NCBI GenBank assembly: GCA_965215195.1
Contig: CBDCDC010000002.1
Span: forward strand, 352,001-416,000
Length of the DNA stretch: 64,000 nt
Reading direction: 5' to 3'
Origin: Candidatus Latescibacterota bacterium
Lineage (GTDB): Bacteria > Latescibacterota > UBA2968 > UBA8231
In this document: piece after piece, positions 57,057 to 64,000 of the stretch
Position numbering within the stretch: position 1 is the stretch's first letter
Layout: each line of letters begins with the position of its first letter
Notes under the pieces: generated by a model
Databases searched by the model: none
Told to the model about the DNA's origin: nothing
The model's input: the letters and a program-made list of their open reading frames with translations, nothing else
Position numbers and translations under genes: made by a program

Positions 57057-57305
57057 TCAATAGGGTCGGGTCGTTGCTGCCCCAGAGGTTGCGCGGTCTT
57101 GGTTCTCAATCTCAAGGCAAAGCTCAATAACGACTTCCAACTGCCGACGAACTTCCGCTGGCGTATCTCCGTGACAACAGTTCCCTCCGGCAATTTGAGC
57201 ATGGCCGATGAAGCACTCGTCTTCGTCTGACCAGTAAATAGTATAGGGACATTTTCTCAATTTGCCCTCTTCAATGGTCACTGGAGGATTGAGAATTTCG
57301 TTCAT
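57057..57305 (-). CDS. hicB: HicB-like antitoxin
   Basis: YTIYWSDEDECFIG...CCHGDTPAEVRRQLEVVIE. Confidence 0.8.
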   Translation of the reverse strand: MNEILNPPVTIEEGKLRKCPYTIYWSDEDECFIGHAQIAGGNCCHGDTPAEVRRQLEVVIELCLEIENQDRATSGAATTRPY

Positions 57306-57472
57306 CGTTTGACCTTTCTGAGACTTAATCTGACGTCTCTTTCTTGATAACCCCTCGTTTACCAGAAATCGTCACTACAATTCCTTCTGAGTGTTTATAG
57401 ACTTTTGCTTCTTTGGAGGACAAAACCGGCTCGCTCTAGGTCGGAGAGGAGTTCGCGAATTTTTCTTGGCAT
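57302..57472 (-). pseudogene. hicA: HicA toxin pseudogene
   Basis: MPRKIRELLSDLERAGFVLQRSK / YKHSEGIVVTISGKRG / GYQERDVRLSLRKVKR* in shifted frames. The GSH catalytic motif is missing. Confidence 0.8.
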
Positions 57473-57527
57473 TGAGTTTGATCGCGCCTATCTGGGTATT
57501 CTATCGCAGCATCCCTAAAAGTCAACC

Positions 57528-59153
57528 TCAACGCGGCTGCACGACCTTGAGCACTTGGTTGGCGGCGATCTTCTTTAAGATCTGATGCGTCCCGTCCGGC
57601 CAGTGGATTTCTACTTGGACGCTCGGGGCCGCGCCCAGCCCAAAGTGCAGGCGCGGGTCGTGGCTGGCCAGATAGCTGCCGCCCGATTGGCGCTCCTGCA
57701 CTTGGCGCACCCCGTCGGCTATAACCTCCACCCGCGTGCCGAGGGCGTCGGGGTGGCTCTTTCCCACCAGTAGAATTTGCAAATAGTGGCGGGCATTGCC
57801 GCCGTCGTTGCGCAACAGCCGCGGCCGGGCCGCTACCGTGGTCACTAGGAGGTCGAGGTCGCCGTCGTCGTCGTAGTCGGCCACAGCCACAGCGCGGCCG
57901 GCATTGGCCCGTTGGAAGTCCGCTCCCAACGCGGCCGAGATGTCGGCAAAGCGGCGGCCAGCGTCGTTGCGGAACATCTGGTTGGGTTGCCGATAGGTCT
58001 GGCTCGAATCCACTTCTGCAATGCGGTCGATGACGTGGCCGTTGGCGGCGAAGAGGTCGAGGTCGCCGTCGTTGTCGTAGTCGAAGAACTTGGTGCCAAA
58101 GCCGAGGGGCCGGTACGAGGGATCGGCCAGCCCGAGGCGCTGGGTGGCGACGGCGAATTGGCCTTGGCCGTCGTTGCGGTAGAGGGCGTTGGTCTCAAAG
58201 GCAAAGTTGGTGACGAAGAGGTCGGCGTCGCCATCGCGGTCGTAGTCGCCAAAATCGACGCCCATGCCGGCGTCGGCGTGCCCGTGCTCGTTGTAGCGGG
58301 TGCCGGCAATCAAGCCCACCTCGGCGAAGGTGCTGTGCTGGTTGGCGTAGAGGAAGTTCATGGTGCCGTCGTTGGCCACGTAGATGTCGGTGTCGCCGTC
58401 GCGGTCGTAGTCGGCCAGCGCCACGCCCAGCCCCTTGCCCTTGAGCGCGATGCCGGTCTCTTCGGTGACGTCGGCGAAGGTGTCGCCGTCGTTGCGGTAG
58501 AGGAGGTCGCCGGTGGGATCGTACGCGCTAGGCTCGCAGTACGCGCGCACTTGGCCCTGCTGGCAGACGGCATCGTCGTCGAGTCTGTAGCGCACGTAGT
58601 TGGCGACGAAGAGGTCGAGATCGCCGTCGCGGTCGTAGTCGAGGAAGCCGGCACTGGTGCCCCAGCGCGGGTCCGCTAGGCCGGCCGGCGTTTTGGCAAA
58701 GGTGCCGCTGTCGTTGCGGTAGAGGGCGTTGGGGCCGTAGTTGGCGACGAAAAGGTCGGCATCGCCGTCGGCATCGTAGTCGGCGACCGCCACGCCAAAG
58801 CCGTAGCCGGGGTCGGCACTGCCGCTGTGGGCGGTGACGTCGGCGAAGGTCCCCGCGCCGGCGTTGCGGTAGAGTCGGTTCACCGGCGGTGGGTCCGGGG
58901 GAGGTCCGGTTAGGTAGGTGCCGTTGGCGAGATAGAGATCGAGGCGACCGTCGCCATCGTAGTCGAGGAAGGCAGCCCCGGCACCAAAGGTTTCGACGTA
59001 GTAGTATTGGCCGGAAAAGCCGTTGTAGTGGACAAAGTCGATACCAGCGGCGGCCCCGGCGTCGGCGAAATGCACCAGTGGGGCCGGGGGGTCTTGGGGG
59101 GCGCAGGCCCAGAGGGTGCTGGCGAGGGCGAGACCCCAGAGCTTGTCGTTCAC
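57528..59153 (-). CDS. CRTAC1/ASPIC-UnbV FG-GAP repeat lipoprotein
   Basis: LWAC lipobox, ETFGAGAAFLDYD, repeated DYDxDGD, GGSYLASHDPRLHFGLG. Confidence 0.87.
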   Translation of the reverse strand: MNDKLWGLALASTLWACAPQDPPAPLVHFADAGAAAGIDFVHYNGFSGQYYYVETFGAGAAFLDYDGDGRLDLYLANGTYLTGPPPDPPPVNRLYRNAGAGTFADVTAHSGSADPGYGFGVAVADYDADGDADLFVANYGPNALYRNDSGTFAKTPAGLADPRWGTSAGFLDYDRDGDLDLFVANYVRYRLDDDAVCQQGQVRAYCEPSAYDPTGDLLYRNDGDTFADVTEETGIALKGKGLGVALADYDRDGDTDIYVANDGTMNFLYANQHSTFAEVGLIAGTRYNEHGHADAGMGVDFGDYDRDGDADLFVTNFAFETNALYRNDGQGQFAVATQRLGLADPSYRPLGFGTKFFDYDNDGDLDLFAANGHVIDRIAEVDSSQTYRQPNQMFRNDAGRRFADISAALGADFQRANAGRAVAVADYDDDGDLDLLVTTVAARPRLLRNDGGNARHYLQILLVGKSHPDALGTRVEVIADGVRQVQERQSGGSYLASHDPRLHFGLGAAPSVQVEIHWPDGTHQILKKIAANQVLKVVQPR

Positions 59154-59410
59154 CCAGCCTTTAGAGGCCCTCTGATTCTCTAACACTATTTGTATTCGCC
59201 CGACGTTCAACAATGGTGTTCGCCATCCCTGTATCTGTCGGGAACAATGTACTCAGTGGCGCGAATTTTGTCGCCCAGCAGGTGGAGCACGATACCAGCC
59301 CCTGCGGCGCACCGAGCCGGACGAGTTCCTCGGCCATCCTCCCTCTTGCGCGATGGGGTCGCGGCGCATTTAATGGTGGCATTACCAACCACTAAACAGG
59401 AGAATGGACG

Positions 59411-59602
59411 ATGCCATTTATCAACGTGAAGATGCTCGCGGGGCGTTCCGCCGAGCAGAAGCGAGCCTTAGTCGAAGCGCTGACCCAAGCTATGGTGGAT
59501 ACCTGCGATGCGCCCCGCGAGGGGACGACGGTAGTGCTCGAAGAATGCGAGCGCGAGCACTGGGCCGTTGGCGGGGTGCTGGTGGCAGACCGCCCGCAAT
59601 AA
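59411..59602 (+). CDS. 4-oxalocrotonate tautomerase family protein
   Basis: Pro1 start MPFINVKMLAGRSAEQK...HWAVGG; 63 aa. Confidence 0.9.
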   Translation: MPFINVKMLAGRSAEQKRALVEALTQAMVDTCDAPREGTTVVLEECEREHWAVGGVLVADRPQ

Positions 59603-59681
59603 GGGGGTCAAACGATCGCTCCCGCCAAGAGGACGCCGCGGCCGTAGAATCACGGCCCGGCGATCCTCCCCGTCCGTCAGA

Positions 59682-60182
59682 TCAGACTAACTGCTCAATG
59701 GCGATTTCTACGATTGTCTGTGTCACAAACAAGCTGCTTACCTCATAAAGTGCTATAAGGATCTTCTCGGCCTCGGAATAGGTCAGAACCCCTTCCTTAT
59801 ATCCTCTGACGGCTATGCCCAATGAGCCCACAGGCCGTACGCACAACCGCCTAGCTGCCTCCCTAACGGCCAGATCATCGGTCAATAGCAGGGGAATATC
59901 CAGTTGGTTGCAGAGGCAGAGGCTTTCCCGCTCGCCTACATGCAAATTGCTCAGTGAATATGTTTGGACAAAACGATCGACGTCGTCAGCAGCAAGGGTA
60001 TGGCGTCGTACGTTATTGAGGTCCAGTGAGGGAGTATTGATTTTATCGACGCTCTCTGCCCACACAGCACTGGGTATGCAGAGTATTTTGAATAAATTCA
60101 GTAGATTGGTTTGTCCCACCTCGTGCAGGTGAATGAGAGGACCCGCATCAGCGACGGCATTTTCTACCCGCCCATGGCCCAC
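59682..60182 (-). CDS. PIN-domain (DUF3368-like) toxin
   Basis: VADAGPLIHL, IPSAVWAE, LHVGERESL, LLLTDDLAVR and GSLGI motifs. Confidence 0.82.
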   Translation of the reverse strand: MGHGRVENAVADAGPLIHLHEVGQTNLLNLFKILCIPSAVWAESVDKINTPSLDLNNVRRHTLAADDVDRFVQTYSLSNLHVGERESLCLCNQLDIPLLLTDDLAVREAARRLCVRPVGSLGIAVRGYKEGVLTYSEAEKILIALYEVSSLFVTQTIVEIAIEQLV

Positions 60183-60412
60183 TCAAGATCCTCCATCATG
60201 GCTTGGTGCTGGTGCTCGGCTAGTTCCACCCAATCCACGCCCGCCCCTTCTATCGCTTCGTCGCGGGTGATTTCTCGTCGCAGGTAGCGTCCTAGGATGC
60301 GTTCCCGCCACATCTGCTGGACGCCTTTCTGAAACGCCAGTGTCATTACCTCGGACTCGGATTTTTCGGTCTCCTGCGACAGAGTCGCCAAATAAGAGAA
60401 AGTTTTGTCCAT
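60164..60412 (-). CDS. Putative antitoxin partner of the PIN protein
   Basis: 82-aa ORF overlapping the PIN start; YLRREITRDEAIE motif. Confidence 0.7.
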   Translation of the reverse strand: MDKTFSYLATLSQETEKSESEVMTLAFQKGVQQMWRERILGRYLRREITRDEAIEGAGVDWVELAEHQHQAMMEDLEWAMGG

Positions 60413-60506
60413 TTAGTGCCTGCTTCGATTTACTTCGTTTAATAGTGGATAGTGTGCTAGAATATACTCCGTTCGCACTTGGCGGCACAAAGGCGATCGC
60501 TAATAA

Positions 60507-60530
60507 TGGGCCGTTGGCCGGGTGCTGGTG
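60507..60530. repeat. Direct repeat (right) flanking the PIN TA; copy of the tautomerase 3' region
   Basis: tgggccgttggccgggtgctggtg vs 59561-59584 tgggccgttggcggggtgctggtg (23/24 identical). Confidence 0.8.
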
Positions 60531-60531
60531 A

Positions 60532-62073
60532 TCACGACAGGTGAGCCAAAGCTACGGCGATGAGCAGGCCGAAGGAAACCCAGCCCAGCAGGGCCTCGAC
60601 GACAGCGAGGAGTTTGAGCTTGCCCGTCGCGTCCCAAGCTCGGTGGTTGACGTGGATGAAGGTATAGATGCTGAAGACGATGCAGTCGGCGAGGGTGGGC
60701 CGACCTTCTCCGCTGGCCGGGCGCATGGCGTTAGAAGCTGTGCGGTACGCCAAGCCGAAGAGGAGCATAACGACGAGCATGGAGGCGATCACTCGCTGGG
60801 GGGCTGTGCCGTACTCCGCGCTCAAGCGCCACAGTTCCAGTCCCCAGCGCGCTGGCTCGCAATAGGTGCGCGATAGGCGCTGGTATTCCATGTGCTCGGC
60901 GCGGCAGGCCGCGGCGTCGCTGTCCAAGCCTTGGGCTAGGAATTGGTGGTACAGGGCGGCGTAGGTTGGGTTGAGGGCGGCCGCGTGGGTTGAGTCGGCC
61001 GCGGCGAGATGGCCTGCTAGCTGGGACCAGCGCACTTGGAGGCGACCGAAGCGCGGCTGGTGCAAGTAGAGGCGGCCCCCAGCCGCGAAGGTCGAATCCG
61101 CCCCGGTTGGTCGCAGGTCGATCAGGGCGAAGGCGGCGCGGCTCAGGTTGAGGGAATGGTTGAAGAAAGCGCCGAGGCGGATGACGCGGCCCTCGCTCTC
61201 GCTGAAGTCGGCTTCGCGGCGGAAGTACGCTCCATCAAAGCGGGCCTTGCCAAAGGTCGCACTGCGAAAGCGCGCCGCCCGAGCGAAGGTGAAGTCGGCA
61301 AAGGACGCCCGGCCGCTGAAACGCGCTCGCTCGAAGGCGACCTCCCCGTCGGCCCGCCCGCTGGCGAAGGACACTTCCTCGGCGAAGCGCGCATCCCAAA
61401 ACAGTGCTCGCTCGGCGAAGCGGACCCCAGCAAAGGATAGGGGCTGTGCCCAAGCGGTTTCCTTGAAGGAGGCAACCCCGGCGAAGGCGGCGTCGGTGAA
61501 GGTGGCTGGCGCGGCAAAGGCCGCCTGCTCGAAATAAGCGGCCTTGTCGAATTGGGTCTGGGCGAAAAGGATGCGCTGACCGGCAAAGCGCGCTCCGACG
61601 AAAGAGGCGACCCCGGCAAAGCGGCTTGCTCCTAGGTCGGCATCGCCGCGGAAGCGGGTCTTTTGGAAGGTCGCGTGCTTGGCTATATGGCTAGCGTGCA
61701 GGGCGAAGGCGGCGGTAAAGTGCGCGGCGGCAAAGGACAGGCCAGCGGCGAAGTGGGTGCGGGCAAAGCGCACCGGGGCGAGGAACGCGACTTGGCCGAA
61801 GGATACCTCGTCGAGAAAGTACACGGCCTCGAAGTTGAGGGGGACACGCACGGTGTCGATCCCCGCAGTGGGCGCAAACAGGCGTCCGCGAAAGGCGACT
61901 TGCCGGTGTGCGACGGGCGGGCCGTTGGCCGGGCCTTGTAGCTGGGCGATTAGCGTCTCAATGGGGAGCAGGGGAAGGGATTGGCCGGCGATGGTGGTAT
62001 CGGCTGCGGGCGTCTGGGCGCGCAAGGAGGTGCTCGAGAAGAGCAAGGCAGAAAATAAGAGCTTTGGCAGCAT
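60532..62073 (-). CDS. Pentapeptide-repeat protein with a C-terminal 2-TM channel-like domain
   Basis: Signal peptide, many A.F....F repeats (ASFVGARF, ATFTDAAF), YGTAPQRV and AVVEALLGW. Confidence 0.78.
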   Translation of the reverse strand: MLPKLLFSALLFSSTSLRAQTPAADTTIAGQSLPLLPIETLIAQLQGPANGPPVAHRQVAFRGRLFAPTAGIDTVRVPLNFEAVYFLDEVSFGQVAFLAPVRFARTHFAAGLSFAAAHFTAAFALHASHIAKHATFQKTRFRGDADLGASRFAGVASFVGARFAGQRILFAQTQFDKAAYFEQAAFAAPATFTDAAFAGVASFKETAWAQPLSFAGVRFAERALFWDARFAEEVSFASGRADGEVAFERARFSGRASFADFTFARAARFRSATFGKARFDGAYFRREADFSESEGRVIRLGAFFNHSLNLSRAAFALIDLRPTGADSTFAAGGRLYLHQPRFGRLQVRWSQLAGHLAAADSTHAAALNPTYAALYHQFLAQGLDSDAAACRAEHMEYQRLSRTYCEPARWGLELWRLSAEYGTAPQRVIASMLVVMLLFGLAYRTASNAMRPASGEGRPTLADCIVFSIYTFIHVNHRAWDATGKLKLLAVVEALLGWVSFGLLIAVALAHLS

Positions 62074-62242
62074 ACGGCGGTTGCGTTTCAAAAGTGCAGC
62101 GTGGCGACGGCGGACCGGCTTCCTCTGTGATGCTAATATAATGATCGTCAATATAGAATCCGAAAAGAGGCCATAAGAGCACCGCCCCAACTTGTTGGGC
62201 GATTCGCTCGCTGGTCTCCCTTGCGGCCGGTGCGGTGAATTC

Positions 62243-62271
62243 TTGACAAGCCCTGCGGAAAAGCGTAACAA
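62243..62271 (+). promoter_or_regulatory. Putative sigma70 promoter, possibly giving a leaderless transcript
   Basis: TTGACA-17 bp-TAACAA, with the ATG at 62278 only 6 bp downstream. Confidence 0.4.
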
Positions 62272-62277
62272 ACAGGC

Positions 62278-64000
62278 ATGAAATACCCCCCTGTTTGCGC
62301 CTTCCTCATCGCCGTCTTGAGCGGCCTGCCAGCCGCTGCCGACACCATCGTCGTCGGCGCGAGCGGCCTCGGCTGGCGCAGTGGTGGCGGCGAGATCCAA
62401 GCCAAGGTCATCCGCGGTGCCCAAAGCGTTGAGAACACCAACGCGCCCGGCGGCGTTATCGACTTTGCACCCGCCAATTTTGCGGACTGGATTTTTCCCC
62501 AGCGCGCCGATACCACGCTAAACATCGCCCTCGGGGCCAACAGCGAGTCGCGTGGCGGTTCCATCACGTCGCCCAACAACCTCAACGTGCGCGGCGAACT
62601 GGCCAAGCTCATCGACGACGATGGCCAAAGCGGACTCGATCTGCGCTTGAGCGCCGGGGCCAATAGCGCCCAGGTTTTGGGGCTGATCATCGACTTGGAC
62701 TTGGGCGCACGTTTTGGCGTCAATCGCTTCCGCTTTTTTCCGCGCAACGCCGCGCCCGAATTCCCCGCGCCCAACTTCCCCTTCCAAAACGATTTCATGC
62801 GCAGCTTTGAGATTTTCATCAACGACGGCACGCCAGACACCCAGCGCGAGGGGGTGCCCATCCGCACGAGCGTGGCCTTGGAAGGGCAGAACGAAGAGGC
62901 GGTCGTGGATATCCGCATCCCGCCGCAATACGTGCGCTTCGTGCGGCTCAAATCCCTGACGGCGCTGGGCTTTGACATCGCCGAGTTCCAAGTCTTCGGC
63001 ACGGGCTTTGTGCCCGAGGCCGTCTATATCTCCAACATCTTCGACTTTGGCGATCTGGCGCTGTTGGGCCATGTGCGCTGGGTGCAAGAGCAGGTCGGCG
63101 ACGCCCAGCTTTCGCAGATCGCAGTGCGCACGCGCACCGGCATTGATCCCGAACCGGTGGAATTCAACAAGATGCGGCCCGGCGAGCAGATCTTCCGCGT
63201 CGGCGGGGGCAACGTCGGGCTACAGTCGGATGGGGCTGGGGTCAGCAGCGGCACCGGGATCAGCAGTGGCCTGCGCACCAGCGAGGTGGGGGTGCCGTGG
63301 AAATTTGCCAAAGACGTGGAAGACGAGGCCCTGCAAGCACTCGTCGCAGAAGTCCTCGACAACGAGGAAGTGGATTTGCGCGACGCTGTGCAGGCGTTTA
63401 ATGCGCTGTCGCCGGAGGAACGCGAGCAGGTGGTTTTGCGCGAGGCCGACTACGAGAAACTCCCCCGAAGGGACCGGGCCACGATTCGCAACGACGTGAG
63501 CAATTGGAGTGCGTGGTCGCCGCCCTATCCCCCCAGCAGCATTGTCGGCCCGGCGGCTTTGGGCAGCGAAGGCGCGGGTGGGCCAATCGTCTCGCCAAGC
63601 CCAAGGCGCTACTTCCAATTTATGATCGAGTTCGCCAGCGACGACTTTGAGGCGGCCACCGGCGTGGGGGGCCTTTCCTTTGACGTGTTGCCATCGCCCT
63701 TTGCCGAGGAGCTAATCGCCGAGATCGGCCCTCGCAGCGCGGCCGTGGGCGAGAACACGGACTTTACTTACGCGGTGCGGAGCAAGTTCCGCCCCGGCCA
63801 AGACCGGGGTTTCAATCGCCTGCGGATCGCGACCCCGCTCCGGGTGGAACGGGTAGGTGCGGTGCAGATACGGCCGCCTGCGGGCGACGTGCTAAAAGCC
63901 GATTTTAGCGGCGCAGTACTCGACGAGTTGCCGGTGGTGCGCGGCGACTTTGCAGTCGTAGAGGTGGCCGACGACGCCTTTGCCATTGAGTTCCCGACCG
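62278..64000 (+). CDS. Large secreted hypothetical protein; runs off the window end
   Basis: Signal peptide MKYPPVCAFLIAVLSGLPAAA; IDLDLGARFGVNRFRFFPR, EFQVFGTGFVP and SPSPRRYFQF. Absent from the ORF track because it has no stop within the window. Confidence 0.75.
   Translation, partial: MKYPPVCAFLIAVLSGLPAAADTIVVGASGLGWRSGGGEIQAKVIRGAQSVENTNAPGGVIDFAPANFADWIFPQRADTTLNIALGANSESRGGSITSPNNLNVRGELAKLIDDDGQSGLDLRLSAGANSAQVLGLIIDLDLGARFGVNRFRFFPRNAAPEFPAPNFPFQNDFMRSFEIFINDGTPDTQREGVPIRTSVALEGQNEEAVVDIRIPPQYVRFVRLKSLTALGFDIAEFQVFGTGFVPEAVYISNIFDFGDLALLGHVRWVQEQVGDAQLSQIAVRTRTGIDPEPVEFNKMRPGEQIFRVGGGNVGLQSDGAGVSSGTGISSGLRTSEVGVPWKFAKDVEDEALQALVAEVLDNEEVDLRDAVQAFNALSPEEREQVVLREADYEKLPRRDRATIRNDVSNWSAWSPPYPPSSIVGPAALGSEGAGGPIVSPSPRRYFQFMIEFASDDFEAATGVGGLSFDVLPSPFAEELIAEIGPRSAAVGENTDFTYAVRSKFRPGQDRGFNRLRIATPLRVERVGAVQIRPPAGDVLKADFSGAVLDELPVVRGDFAVVEVADDAFAIEFPT

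Noticed and set aside
59161-59395. Short ORFs between CRTAC1 and the tautomerase
   Set aside because: No recognisable motif in any frame; it may be a decayed gene, but I cannot support a call.

Overview
GC-rich bacterial window. The gene content (three CRTAC1/ASPIC-UnbV FG-GAP proteins, TPR proteins, two DUF6785-like membrane proteins, GH116, many aldo-keto reductases) resembles Latescibacterota/Poribacteria-type genomes; this is an inference. The backbone has a eukaryote-like alkyl-DHAP synthase plus SDR, a peptide/nickel-type ABC transporter and sugar-catabolic genes. Many defence and toxin-antitoxin cassettes interrupt it, and I see no integrase or transposase. (1) A ~17 kb SNF2-helicase / DUF1156 methyltransferase / AAA_21-DUF4276 / DUF499 island. 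Its helicase-methyltransferase junction holds a tandem series of MNT-HEPN units and a phosphoesterase + Hsp90-like ATPase pair. (2) Directly beside it lies a diverged second allele of the same island, collapsed to ~2 kb. Only its cargo gene (AlbA_2 ATP-binding protein) is intact; the core genes survive as collinear stubs. (3) A BfiI-like type IIS R-M system. (4) A UvrD-like helicase + DarT1-like ADP-ribosyltransferase + ARH/DraG hydrolase operon. (5) HicAB, RelE/HigA and PIN-type TA modules. Several cassettes are bracketed by diverged direct repeats of neighbouring gene 3' ends, and several toxins are inactivated by micro-deletions. No rRNA, tRNA or CRISPR array was seen. Family assignments come from motif recognition by eye, not database searches.
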